Of a stretch of DNA of 64,000 nt, positions 1 to 9,822 are shown one piece after another. Each line of letters opens with the position of its first letter. The stretch's first letter is position 1. Below the pieces are notes generated by a model. It did no database searches. It was not told the origin of the DNA and saw nothing but the letters and a program-made list of their open reading frames with translations. The stretch comes from an uncultured Candidatus Binatia bacterium. Its GTDB lineage: Bacteria > Desulfobacterota > Binatia > Bin18. Made by a program: the position numbers and the translations under genes. The stretch lies in NCBI GenBank assembly GCA_965214605.1, contig OZ243961.1, positions 96,001-160,000 of the forward strand, in the 5' to 3' direction.

Positions 1-402
1 GAATTTATGACCACCGATCTGTTTACCGTCCATCCCGATGAGCCGCTCGACCTGGTAGCCAATCTGATGGACTGGCAACGGATTCGTCACATCCCGGTTG
101 AGGATGAGCAGGGTGAGCTGGTCGGCCTAATCTCGTGCTTTGAGGTCCTGCGTCACGGGCTGTCTCAGACCGACCGCGACCCGCTGCCGGTCAGCGCAGT
201 GATGCAGCACAACCCGATTACGCTTCCTCCGGAAACCCTGGTCCTGGACGCGGTTGCCCGGATGCGGCAAGAAAACAGTGATTATTTGCTCGTGGTCAAA
301 CACGAGCGTTTGGTTGGTATTGTAACAGAGCGTGATATTCTTAATATGACGGCCCGGCTGCTTGAACAGTCCGGCCAGGAGTCGGCCGCGCATGACGCAT
401 AA
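1..402 (+). CDS. CBS-pair domain, probably the C-terminus of a longer protein starting upstream of the window
   Basis: Frame is open from base 1 (GAA TTT ATG). Two CBS motifs: IRHIPVED..LVGLIS and LLVVKHERLVGIVTERD. Confidence 0.85.
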   Translation, partial: EFMTTDLFTVHPDEPLDLVANLMDWQRIRHIPVEDEQGELVGLISCFEVLRHGLSQTDRDPLPVSAVMQHNPITLPPETLVLDAVARMRQENSDYLLVVKHERLVGIVTERDILNMTARLLEQSGQESAAHDA

Positions 403-1558
403 GCCCCCAGCCCAGGCATCCGTCTTTCCTCGGGTGCTCAGCAGCTATGGCGGGTACGCCGCCGGGCCGTTGGTGCTGAGCATCGGAGGGATGCACGGCA
501 ATGAGCCGGCCGGGGTGTTTGCCCTGCGGCAGGTGCTGCAAAGCCTACACAAGTCAAACCTGCCCTTTCGGGGCACGTTTGTTGGCCTGACCGGGAACCG
601 AGCGGCCCTGGCCCGTGGCTGTCGATATATTGATGAGGATTTCAACCGGGTGTGGTTGCCCGAGCGTCTTCAGGCGCTGAAGCAGCGGCCCGCCGACGCC
701 AGCTCGGAAGACACCGAGCAGCGCGAACTGCTGGCGGCGATTGAAACTCAGCTGGCCCAACGCCACGGGCCGGTTGTTTTTCTGGACTTACACACCACCT
801 CTGCCGCGGGGAGGCCGTTTGTGGTGATTGGAGATTCGCTTCTCAATCGTCGCTTTGCGTTTCGCCTCCAGGCCCCGGTGATCCTCGGTTTAGAAGAACA
901 GCTTGAGGGAACGCTGCTGAATTATCTGAGCGACCAGGGCTATATCGCTCTCGGCTTTGAGGGGGGGCAGCACGCTTCGCCGGCAGCGGTAGAGAACCAT
1001 ACCGCGACAATCTGGAGTGTGTTGGCAACCGCGGGCTGCATGTCGCCACCCGCTCTGTCCGAACTGAGCGGTGGTCGTCTGCCGTCATCCGCCCCCCCGC
1101 TCCCTCCGGTATTAGAAATTCGCCATCATCATCTGATCCAAGCCGGCGATAACTTTGTCATGCAGCCCGGCTTCACAAATCTCCAGCCGGTTCAGCGCGG
1201 CCAGCTCTTGGCCCATGATCGCCACGGGCCGATTCGGGCCGCCGAGTCTGGGCAGATCCTCATGCCGCTCTATCAGGGACAGGGGACGGACGGATTTTTC
1301 TTGGTCAGAGGGGTGCGGACGGTGTGGCTGCGTCTCGCGGCGTGGCTCCGCCGGCTGCGGCTTGAACGGCTGGTCATGGTTTTGCCCGGCGTACGTCCCC
1401 ACCCTGAGCAGACCGCCACGCTGGTTGTTGATCCACGTATTGCACGTTGGTTCGGGCTGGAGCTGTTCCACCTGCTGGGCTTTCGGAAAAGACGCTCACA
1501 AGCCGGCAAACTCATCGTCAGCCGGCGCTGGCATGAGCCGACTGTGTTTGAGGACTGA
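392..1558 (+). CDS. Succinylglutamate desuccinylase/aspartoacylase (M14-like) family protein
   Basis: Motifs GGMHGNE, DFNRVW, LDLHTT, FEGGQH. ATG 392 follows AGGAG and overlaps the upstream CBS ORF. Confidence 0.85.
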   Translation: MTHKPPAQASVFPRVLSSYGGYAAGPLVLSIGGMHGNEPAGVFALRQVLQSLHKSNLPFRGTFVGLTGNRAALARGCRYIDEDFNRVWLPERLQALKQRPADASSEDTEQRELLAAIETQLAQRHGPVVFLDLHTTSAAGRPFVVIGDSLLNRRFAFRLQAPVILGLEEQLEGTLLNYLSDQGYIALGFEGGQHASPAAVENHTATIWSVLATAGCMSPPALSELSGGRLPSSAPPLPPVLEIRHHHLIQAGDNFVMQPGFTNLQPVQRGQLLAHDRHGPIRAAESGQILMPLYQGQGTDGFFLVRGVRTVWLRLAAWLRRLRLERLVMVLPGVRPHPEQTATLVVDPRIARWFGLELFHLLGFRKRRSQAGKLIVSRRWHEPTVFED

Positions 1559-1598
1559 GCCCCCTAGGGTTGGACGCTCAGCGTAGTAAGGATACAGC

Positions 1599-2048
1599 AT
1601 GAAAGTCAAAGACCTGATGCAGACCGATCTCGTCACGCTCCGCACGAACGATACCCTCGACGTTGCCGAAGACATCATGGGCATGGGTCGGTTCCGGCAT
1701 CTGCCCGTCGTCCAGGCCGATGACCGACTGGTCGGTATCGTCTCCCAACGAGACCTGCTGCGGGCTGCGGTATCGTCGTTGTTAAAAGCCTCACCCTATA
1801 AGCAGCAGCGGTGGCTGAGTCAGGTTGCCGTTCGGGATGTGATGTCGAAAAGCGTGGTGGCCGTCGAAGTGGACGCGGATATTGAGGACGCTCTTCAGGT
1901 GCTGTTGATCGAAAAATTTGGCTGTTTGCCGGTGATTGAGAAAAAGAAACTGGTCGGCATTCTGACCGACAGCGATCTCTTGGAGTATTTGCAGCGTCTG
2001 TTGCGAGAGGGCAAAGCCACAAAGAAGAGGTCGAAAAAGGACGGCTGA
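1599..2048 (+). CDS. CBS domain-containing protein
   Basis: RFRHLPVV..LVGIVSQRDL and GCLPVI..LVGILTDSD; AAGGA RBS. Confidence 0.9.
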   Translation: MKVKDLMQTDLVTLRTNDTLDVAEDIMGMGRFRHLPVVQADDRLVGIVSQRDLLRAAVSSLLKASPYKQQRWLSQVAVRDVMSKSVVAVEVDADIEDALQVLLIEKFGCLPVIEKKKLVGILTDSDLLEYLQRLLREGKATKKRSKKDG

Positions 2049-2105
2049 GCCACATCGGCCCAGCCGTCCTGTGGACAGGGGGGTGTGTGGAACGGCGGCC
2101 CTGTT

Positions 2106-3020
2106 TTACTGGTGGAGGGCCAACACTGGGCAGCCCGCCTGGCGCATCATCTTTTCGGTGATGCTGCTCAGCAGGAGGTGGAACATACCGCTAAACCCGT
2201 GGGTTGCCATCACCAACAGGTCCGCCCCGATGGATTTCTCCGTTTCGATGATTGCCCGACCCGGATCGTCGCTCACGTGTAGCTCGATCTGGGCGTGGAC
2301 TCCACCCAAATAGGTCTGGGTCAGTTCTTCGAGCTTTTGCCGCGCGACGTTTTCGGCATACACATGATCGGCCGGAGCTTGGGGGCTAGCGCGGTACACC
2401 TCGCGGAGCAGTAAGTCGCTATCCGCAGCTGGAACAACGTGCAAGGGATAGACGGTTGCCCCATACTGCTCGGCAATCTGACGGGCGTAGTTCAGGGCCG
2501 TGCCTGACTGCTCTGTAATATCGACCGGCACCAAAATTTTCTGAAAGGACCGGGACTCAGACATGTGCTCGCCGTGCCGAGAGATAAAGACCGGGACGGT
2601 GGTTTCACGAACAACCTTCTCTGCTACGCTGCCCAGAATCAGGTGCGCCAGGCCTGTCCGTCCGTGGGTCGCCATCACAACAAGGTCTGCGCCGATATCC
2701 TTCCGGGCCTCAAGGATACCGACCGCAGGATCGCTGTTGAGACGGGTGAGGATTTCATACCGGGTCTCGTTCAGGTGTGCTTGGGCCAGGGCTTGTAATT
2801 TTTCGCGGGAGATCTTCTCTGCCCAATCCTGATCTGCACCGCCGCCTCTCTCAGGCTCATATACCCGCCGTAAGAGGTGGAATTCGTCAGTTGGGACAAC
2901 ATGGAGCAGAGAGACGCTGCCGTCGTTCCGCTGGGCAAAATGTCTGGCGTATTCGAGTGCCTCTTGAGATGTTTCATCAAAATAGACCGGACTCAGAATC
3001 TTGCGAAATAATTCGGGCAT
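2106..3020 (-). CDS. Tandem-domain universal stress protein
   Basis: Two USP domains (ADLVVMATHGRTGLAHLILGSVAEKVVRE; ADLLVMATHGFSG). Start set at MPELF after GAAGGAGG. Confidence 0.9.
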   Translation of the reverse strand: MPELFRKILSPVYFDETSQEALEYARHFAQRNDGSVSLLHVVPTDEFHLLRRVYEPERGGGADQDWAEKISREKLQALAQAHLNETRYEILTRLNSDPAVGILEARKDIGADLVVMATHGRTGLAHLILGSVAEKVVRETTVPVFISRHGEHMSESRSFQKILVPVDITEQSGTALNYARQIAEQYGATVYPLHVVPAADSDLLLREVYRASPQAPADHVYAENVARQKLEELTQTYLGGVHAQIELHVSDDPGRAIIETEKSIGADLLVMATHGFSGMFHLLLSSITEKMMRQAGCPVLALHQ

Positions 3021-3205
3021 AGATGTGTCCTCCTTCGCGTATGCGCCGGGTGTGCCACTCCTAGAAAAAAATGAGGTAGAACGTATACTACTCATACTAA
3101 AGGGGAGAGCGTGTCAAAAGTCAATCTGGACGATTTCAGAAAATGCCAGGAGCGCGCTGGGTGACACGCAGTCCGCCCGACCGGCGCAAGACTAAGGAGG
3201 TTGGT

Positions 3206-3613
3206 ATGAAAGCTGTCAGGGAGATAATGAACACCGAGGTGACGACCCTGGGGCGCAACGATACGCTCCAACTCGCTCAGGACATCATGAACCTGGGCCG
3301 CGTGCGTCATTTTCCGGTCCTTGAGGATGGCGAGGTGGTGGGAGTGATGAGCCAGCGCGACTTGTATAAGGCTTCGCTGGGGTCGGTGATGAAGTATGGC
3401 GAGAAGGCCCAACGGGAGTTCCTCGACACCATCGCCGTCAAAGAAGTCATGAAATATCCCCCCATTACGATTGCTCCACAGACATCGGTCCAGGAAGCCG
3501 CCCGGCTGATGCTGAAGGAGAGGGTTGGCTGTCTGCCGGTCCTCGACAACAACGAGCTCGTCGGTATCGTGACCGAGACCGATATGCTTCAGCTGGTGAC
3601 GGAGATGGACTAG
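3206..3613 (+). CDS. CBS domain-containing protein
   Basis: RVRHFPVL..GVMSQRD and VGCLPVL..LVGIVTETD. TAAGGAGG precedes ATG 3206. Paralogous to 1599..2048. Confidence 0.9.
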   Translation: MKAVREIMNTEVTTLGRNDTLQLAQDIMNLGRVRHFPVLEDGEVVGVMSQRDLYKASLGSVMKYGEKAQREFLDTIAVKEVMKYPPITIAPQTSVQEAARLMLKERVGCLPVLDNNELVGIVTETDMLQLVTEMD

Positions 3614-3647
3614 GGGCGGCTCATACAGATGCTGAGGAGGAAGAGCG

Positions 3648-3995
3648 ATGGACGAAAAAGATCGATTAGGCCAATTCTTGGACAAAAAAGAGCGCGCCGA
3701 GGAAAATCGGTTTTTCGCCGAGCGCGACCGGGAGCTGATCGAACAGCTCAGGCAAAAAAAGGCCGACGAAGAGGAGCAGCTCTTTCGCGAACTCGTCCAC
3801 CTACGTTGCCCGCGGTGTGGGGCACGACTTGGTCAGCGGGAGATCCATGAGATCACGATTGATGAGTGTCCGGAATGTCAGGGGCTCTGGCTTGATAAGG
3901 GCGAACTGGAAGCGCTCTCCAAACATCGGGGCGGTGAGTGGATCGCACAATTCATGGAGCGCCTCACCCACCTCTTGTCCCGTCCGGACAAATAG
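3648..3995 (+). CDS. zf-TFIIB-like zinc-ribbon protein with IF1/zeta-like N-terminal helix
   Basis: CPRC...IDECPECQGLWLDKGEL zinc ribbon; N-terminal KKERAEENRFFAERDRELIEQLRQKK; GAGGAGG RBS. Confidence 0.85.
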   Translation: MDEKDRLGQFLDKKERAEENRFFAERDRELIEQLRQKKADEEEQLFRELVHLRCPRCGARLGQREIHEITIDECPECQGLWLDKGELEALSKHRGGEWIAQFMERLTHLLSRPDK

Positions 3996-4129
3996 CGCGC
4001 CGGGGGAATGGAACGCTGTTGCGGCTGAACAGACCGTTAGCACGCTCCATTGAGGAGTAGCGCTGCCGTCTCGACATTGGGATACTGAACTGAGTTCGCC
4101 GGACTCTGTTTTGTCGGAGGAGTGAGAGC

Positions 4130-6430
4130 TTGCGTCTGCTATGGACCCTGCTTGCCGGTGTACTCATCGGCTCATTCGTCGCCCTGCTGTACTACGGACG
4201 CGAAGTCTATCAGATGGCGCCGCCGGTGCCTGAGCGGGTTGTGATTGCCGGCTCAGACCGCGGGGCGCTTTTCACCGGTGATGACATTCGGGCTGGCCAG
4301 GACGTTTGGCGCTCGATTGGGGGCCATAATCTGGGATCAATCTGGGGCCATGGCGCCTATGCCGCACCGGACTGGACCGCGGACTGGCTGCATCGGGAGG
4401 CGGTCTGGCTACTGGACTATTGGGCCCGCCAGGAAGGCGAGGGCAGCTATGACACCCTCGGACCCGAGCGTCAGGCCGCGCTGCGGGTGCGCCTCCAGGC
4501 GGAGCTGCGTACAAACACCTATGACCCACGCACCCAAACGCTGACCGTATCGGCCCTCCGGGCTCAGGCCATTGACGCCGTTCAGGCGCACTACCTCGGT
4601 CTGTTCAGGACCGATCCCCAGTATGACAGCTTACGTGAGAGCTACGCCATGCCAGCCGGGACGGTGGCTAGCGACGAACTCGCTTCCCAGCTCACCGTCT
4701 TCTTTTTTTGGGCGACCTGGGCGTGTGTGACCGAGCGCCCTAACCACGACATCACCTATACCCACAACTGGCCACCAGAAGCCCTGGTTGGGAATGTTCC
4801 GACCGGCACCCTCCTTGTGGTGTCGGTCGCCAGTTTTGTGCTCCTCCTAGGAGGGATTGGCGCCTTGGCCTGGTTTTATGCCGCCAGGCGTGATTTCTGG
4901 CGCAACGCCCACGAACGACCGCCCACCGATCCACTGCTCAATCTTGAGTTGACGCCTTCAATGCGGGCAACCCACAAATACTTCTGGGTTGTTGGGACGC
5001 TGTTGTTGGCTCAGATGATAACCGGCGTCGTTACCGCCCACTATGGAGTAGAAGGCACGGCGCTGTACGGTATTCCTCTTGCCGAGTGGCTGCCGTACTC
5101 TCTGGCCCGCACCTGGCACGTCCAGCTCGGTATTTTTTGGATCGCGACGGCCTGGCTGGCGACCGGTCTGTGTCTCGCCCCCAGCATAGCTGGACGCGAG
5201 CCGCGCTTTCAACGGCTAGGGGTCAACGGTCTTTTTGTCGCCCTGGCGATTGTGGTTGCCGGCTCGATGGTCGGCCAAGCCCTGGCCATCCACCATCAGC
5301 TCGAAGGTGGGACAAACTTCTGGTTTGGCCATCAGGGCTATGAGTATGTCGAGCTCGGACGTTTCTGGCAGGTGTTGCTTGCGCTGGGCCTGTTTTTGTG
5401 GGTCGGGCTGATGCTCCGTGCGCTGTGGCCAGCCCTCCAGACCGCCCACGGGGCAAACAAGCAGCTGCTCAGCATCTTTATCCTCGCGGCGGGCGCTATC
5501 GCGCTGTTCTACACCGCTGGCCTAATGTGGGGACGGCATACCAACCTGGCGCTTGCCGAGTATTGGCGCTGGTGGGTCGTTCACCTGTGGGTAGAAGGAT
5601 TCTTTGAGGTCTTTGCAGTAACAGTCATCGCGTTTATGTTTACCCGCCTGGGGCTCGTCCGGGTTCGCGCGGCGACCATGGCCGTGCTGTTCACCACCAT
5701 TCTGTATCTCGTTGGTGGTATCCTGGGCATGTTCCACCACCTCTACTTTACCGGCACCACCCCGATCATTCTGGTCTTGGGTGGAACGTTTAGTGCCCTG
5801 GAACTGATGCCGCTGGTGTTGATCGGCTTTGAAGCCTATGAGAACTGGTCGATGGCGCGTTTGGCCCCGTGGGTGCGCAACTACAAGTGGCCTATTTACT
5901 GGTTTGTGGCGGTGGCGTTCTGGAATTTAGTCGGAGCCGGGCTGTTTGGCTTTTTGATCAATCCGCCCATTGCTCTATACTATATGCAAGGGCTTAACAC
6001 CACACCGGTCCACGGCCACGCCGCCCTGTTTGGGGTGTATGGCATGCTGGGAATCGGCCTGTGCCTCCTCAGTCTACGGATTCTCAGCCTGCGGCAGGAG
6101 TGGAAGACCACGGCCCTTAGCTTTGCCTTCTGGGCCATGAACCTTGGGATGGGACTCCAGATCCTGCTCAGCCTCTTACCGGTCGGACTTGCCCAGACGT
6201 GGGCTAGCGTAGAGCACGGGATGTGGTATGCCCGTTCGGCGGAGTTCTTGCAAACTCCGCCTCTGGAAATGTTCCGTTGGCTTCGGGTGGTCGGTGACAC
6301 GCTGCTGGCACTCGGGATACTGGCCTTTGGCTGGTTTCACCTTGGTCTGACGACCGGCTGGTCTATCACCGGCCTGCGACGTGATATTGGTGACTATGCA
6401 GTAAGCGTATCACAAGAAAGGAATGAGTGA
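4130..6430 (+). CDS. norZ: Quinol-dependent nitric-oxide reductase (qNor)
   Basis: 766 aa, multi-TM. Motifs GSIWGHGAY.APDWTADWLHRE, WWVVHLWVEGFFEVF, GMFHHLYF, HGHAALFGVYG. Confidence 0.95.
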   Translation: MRLLWTLLAGVLIGSFVALLYYGREVYQMAPPVPERVVIAGSDRGALFTGDDIRAGQDVWRSIGGHNLGSIWGHGAYAAPDWTADWLHREAVWLLDYWARQEGEGSYDTLGPERQAALRVRLQAELRTNTYDPRTQTLTVSALRAQAIDAVQAHYLGLFRTDPQYDSLRESYAMPAGTVASDELASQLTVFFFWATWACVTERPNHDITYTHNWPPEALVGNVPTGTLLVVSVASFVLLLGGIGALAWFYAARRDFWRNAHERPPTDPLLNLELTPSMRATHKYFWVVGTLLLAQMITGVVTAHYGVEGTALYGIPLAEWLPYSLARTWHVQLGIFWIATAWLATGLCLAPSIAGREPRFQRLGVNGLFVALAIVVAGSMVGQALAIHHQLEGGTNFWFGHQGYEYVELGRFWQVLLALGLFLWVGLMLRALWPALQTAHGANKQLLSIFILAAGAIALFYTAGLMWGRHTNLALAEYWRWWVVHLWVEGFFEVFAVTVIAFMFTRLGLVRVRAATMAVLFTTILYLVGGILGMFHHLYFTGTTPIILVLGGTFSALELMPLVLIGFEAYENWSMARLAPWVRNYKWPIYWFVAVAFWNLVGAGLFGFLINPPIALYYMQGLNTTPVHGHAALFGVYGMLGIGLCLLSLRILSLRQEWKTTALSFAFWAMNLGMGLQILLSLLPVGLAQTWASVEHGMWYARSAEFLQTPPLEMFRWLRVVGDTLLALGILAFGWFHLGLTTGWSITGLRRDIGDYAVSVSQERNE

Positions 6431-6882
6431 TGACTATCGACTCAATTCTGGTGCCAACCGATTTCTCCGAGTATTCGGACCGGGCCTTTGCCTGGGCACT
6501 TGAGATGGCCGACAAGTGGCAGGCCACGCTTGAGTTGCTCCACGTTGTCCCTACGCCTACCTACCCGCCAATGATGATTGGTGAGAGCGGGTTTAATGCG
6601 GCCGACTATGAGAGCAGCCTGAAGGATGACGCCGAGAAACAGATCGCGGCGACGGCCGACCGGGCCGAGAAGCCGGGGATCGCGATCAAGACCATGGTCG
6701 TGGTTGGCTCACCGTTTCACGATATCTGTACAATCGCCAAACAGGCCAAGAGCGATCTGATCGTAGTGGGCTCACATGGCCGGACAGGCTTAAGCCATGT
6801 CCTGCTCGGCAGTGTGGCCGAGCGGGTGGTCCGTCACGCTCCGTGCCCGGTCTTAGTAGTAGGCAGAGAAGCCCAGTCTTAG
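6430..6882 (+). CDS. Universal stress protein
   Basis: ILVPTDFS...DLIVVGSHGRTGLSHVLLGSVAERVVRHAPCPVLVV. TGATG coupling to norZ. Confidence 0.95.
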   Translation: MTIDSILVPTDFSEYSDRAFAWALEMADKWQATLELLHVVPTPTYPPMMIGESGFNAADYESSLKDDAEKQIAATADRAEKPGIAIKTMVVVGSPFHDICTIAKQAKSDLIVVGSHGRTGLSHVLLGSVAERVVRHAPCPVLVVGREAQS

Positions 6883-7946
6883 GTGCTTGGCCGTCGCCGC
6901 CGCGCGGGGTCCTCAAGCCACGGGATTGGGATCATTGATTCCTTTGGATCGATCCTGGTGCTGGGCGGAACGATTTCGTCAATCCGATCGAGGACATCGG
7001 TGGGTAAGCGCAGCTCTACGGCGGCAAGATTGTCTTCGACTTGCTCAAAGGTTTTCGGGCCAATGATAATGGCGCTGACGGCCGGGTGTTCGGCGGCAAA
7101 GGCCAGGGCCATATGGGTGAGCGAATAGCCGGCCTCGTCAGCTAGGGCGGACAGCTGCTCAACCACATCATATTTTCGTTGGACCTCTGCCCGCTCCACA
7201 TTCCACACTCCCATGCGTCCCAGGCGTCCGGCCGCGCGACTGTTGGGCGGCAGCGGCTCATCGCGCTTGTACTTGCCGGTCAGCCAGCCTCCGGCGAGAG
7301 GGGCGTAGGTCATGGTGCCGACCCCGTGTCGCTGGCAAGTGGGGAAGACGCCGATTTCGCCGCCCCGGCTGAGCAGGGAGTAAATACACTGCTCGCTGCG
7401 CACCCGAGCCAGATTGCGCTGCTCGGCAAGACGCTGCGCCTCGACAATCCACTCGGCGGGTGTGGCTGAGGTGCCGATGACCCGAATCTTGCCCGCACGC
7501 TGGAGATCGGTCATCGCGGCGAGCGATTCTTCGAGCTCGGTGTCCCAGTCGCGTCGGTGGAGCTGGTACACGTCAATATAGTCGGTCTCCAGCCGTTGGA
7601 GACTGTGCTCAACCGCCCGAACGATCCATCGCCGTGAACCACCGCCAATGTTGACGTCTTTGGCCTGTCTGGAAAACTGACCGACCCGTTCGGTGGGAAA
7701 GAAGCACTTGGTGGCCAGCACCACCTCGTCCCGTCGACCTTTGAGAGCCTTGGCCAGAATGCGTTCCGACTCACCGTTCGAGTAGGCGTCGGAGGTGTCG
7801 ATGAAGTTGATCCCGGCCTCAAGTGCGGTATGGGTAATCCGAACACATTCGTTGTGATCGGTATTGCCCATCTTGCCGAACATCATTGCGCCGAGGCAGA
7901 AATGACTGACTTTTATGCCGCTGCCACCGAGGGGGCGATATTCCAT
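6879..7946 (-). CDS. Aldo/keto reductase
   Basis: MEYRPLGGSGIKVS, GINFIDTSDAY, LATK, DYIDVYQLH. Confidence 0.92.
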   Translation of the reverse strand: MEYRPLGGSGIKVSHFCLGAMMFGKMGNTDHNECVRITHTALEAGINFIDTSDAYSNGESERILAKALKGRRDEVVLATKCFFPTERVGQFSRQAKDVNIGGGSRRWIVRAVEHSLQRLETDYIDVYQLHRRDWDTELEESLAAMTDLQRAGKIRVIGTSATPAEWIVEAQRLAEQRNLARVRSEQCIYSLLSRGGEIGVFPTCQRHGVGTMTYAPLAGGWLTGKYKRDEPLPPNSRAAGRLGRMGVWNVERAEVQRKYDVVEQLSALADEAGYSLTHMALAFAAEHPAVSAIIIGPKTFEQVEDNLAAVELRLPTDVLDRIDEIVPPSTRIDPKESMIPIPWLEDPARRRRPST

Positions 7947-7960
7947 GGCTGCTCCTTCGC

Positions 7961-8908
7961 CTAGACTGCGACATGGGGAACGATCGCGTCGATGTCTTGG
8001 AGATCTGCGACCGACAGCTTCCAGCCCGCGGCCGCGGCGTTGGCGCGGACCTGGGCCGGTTTCGTCGCGCCGGCAATGACGGAGGCGACACACGGTTGAG
8101 CGGCCAGCCATGAGAAGGCCAGTTCCAGCAGACTATGACCGCGCTCCTCAGCAAACGTTTGGAGCGCCTCAAGCTTGGTAAAGTTCTCGTCCGTTGCCCA
8201 GCTCTGAAACCGTTCGAGTGCACCTAGGCGGGTGTCGGGGTCAAAGCCTTGGCCGCGTCGATATTTCCCGGTTAGCAACCCGTTGGCCAGGGGAAAGTAG
8301 GGCAGTTGGCCGAGCTTATGGGTGTCGCAGGCAGGGATCGCGTCATCTTCGACCTCCCGTTTGAGCAGGCTCCACTCGTTCTGGGCGGTATCAAAGCGGA
8401 CAAAGTTTCGGTCCTGAGCCATGCTCTCCGCGGCGTCAATCATCGCTCCGGTGTAGTTCGAATGGCCGATGGCCCGGACCTTGCCTTGCCGGACTAGGTC
8501 GTCTAGCGTCTCAAGCGTTTCCTCAACCGGGGTGGTCTCGTCCGGATAGTGCATCTGATAGACATCGATCCAGTCGGTCCGCAAGCGTTTGAGGCTCTCC
8601 TCAACACGAGCCATGATATAGGCCCGCGAGCCCCAGCGTTCGCCGGTTTTTTTGATCTTGGCGACGCCGCCAAATTTGGTGGCCAGGATGAGGTCTTTGC
8701 GGCGAGGGCCCAGCACTTGGCCAATCATATCTTCAGACGTGCCGAACCCGTACAGATCGGCCGTATCCAAAAAATTGATCCCGGCGTCAAGGGCCGCCTC
8801 AATGACGGCTCGACATTCTTGGAGCTGAATGCGCATGCCAAAATTGTTGCAGCCCAGCCCAACAATGCTGGCCTGTAGGCCTGATGAGCCCAACGGACGT
8901 GTTTCCAT
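7961..8908 (-). CDS. Aldo/keto reductase
   Basis: METRPLGSSGL, GLGCNNFG, DTADLYG, IDVYQMHYPD. Confidence 0.92.
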   Translation of the reverse strand: METRPLGSSGLQASIVGLGCNNFGMRIQLQECRAVIEAALDAGINFLDTADLYGFGTSEDMIGQVLGPRRKDLILATKFGGVAKIKKTGERWGSRAYIMARVEESLKRLRTDWIDVYQMHYPDETTPVEETLETLDDLVRQGKVRAIGHSNYTGAMIDAAESMAQDRNFVRFDTAQNEWSLLKREVEDDAIPACDTHKLGQLPYFPLANGLLTGKYRRGQGFDPDTRLGALERFQSWATDENFTKLEALQTFAEERGHSLLELAFSWLAAQPCVASVIAGATKPAQVRANAAAAGWKLSVADLQDIDAIVPHVAV

Positions 8909-8997
8909 GCTTGTCCCTCCTTCGCCTCCGCGTGTGTGGTGATAAGACGCGGCAGACGCTAGCATTTTCGTGGCGGAAATTCGAGAGGGCGGTAGGG

Positions 8998-9654
8998 CTA
9001 GGTTGTGTCGGTTGATCCGGACCTAGACTGCCCGCCTGCCTCGGTTGCCGGGGCCTGGCCGAACGACCCGCTCCCCGAATCTAGAAACGCCTGCTCGTCT
9101 GGCGTGGAGCGGCGTCCAAGGATGGCATTGCGGTGCGGAAAGCGGCCGAAACGCTGCATGATGGTCAGGTGTTTGTGGGCGAAGTCGAGCCATGAGCTGA
9201 GAAACGCGTGCCACTCAGACGGGGCTTGGGCCAACAGGGTCTTGCAGTGCCGGACCGACGCTTCCTGCAACGTGATATCCTCGGCGTGCTGCAGGGGCAT
9301 GAGAAAGAAGGCTTGTTCGACGGGTGTGAGCTGGGTCAGATACATTTTTTCCAGACCGTACTGACAGATTTGCTGGGCTTGTAGGTCTGTACCAAACGCC
9401 GCCGGAGTGCCCCGAAACAGGTTGCGCGGCAACTGATCTAGGGCAATGACAAGCGCTAGACAGGAGCGGGCCGCGGTCTGCCACGCCTGTAGTCCTCCGC
9501 TGCGGGCTTGGGCGTACACCCCGGAGAAGCGGTCCCGCAGCTGGGCGTCAATGTGTGGACCCGCCTCAAACCAGAAAGCATAGCGTTTCTCTGCCGCCTG
9601 GGCGTCAGTGACGGCGTCGGCAAACCAAAATGTTAGCAGGTGGTCTGGATTCAT
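8998..9654 (-). CDS. DUF924 family protein
   Basis: LDQLPRNLFRGT, MPLQHAE, RFGRFPHRNAILGR.ST. Confidence 0.9.
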   Translation of the reverse strand: MNPDHLLTFWFADAVTDAQAAEKRYAFWFEAGPHIDAQLRDRFSGVYAQARSGGLQAWQTAARSCLALVIALDQLPRNLFRGTPAAFGTDLQAQQICQYGLEKMYLTQLTPVEQAFFLMPLQHAEDITLQEASVRHCKTLLAQAPSEWHAFLSSWLDFAHKHLTIMQRFGRFPHRNAILGRRSTPDEQAFLDSGSGSFGQAPATEAGGQSRSGSTDTT

Positions 9655-9822
9655 GGGTCACACTGTTTTTGTGTTTTTGTAAGTTGTAGGCTAGCATATC
9701 TGCCACCGGGAGGCGAGGGGAGAGTGGGCCGGGCAGGCCGGCACGAGCGGGTCGCTTGATCCCGAGGCCATATCCTTGTAGATGACTCGTTCCTGACGGG
9801 CTGAAGGGAGGGACGAAGCCGC

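Noticed and set aside
3021-4129. FNR/DNR or sigma54 sites for norZ and the USP/CBS genes
   Set aside because: No convincing TTGAT-N4-ATCAA or -24/-12 motif found by eye.
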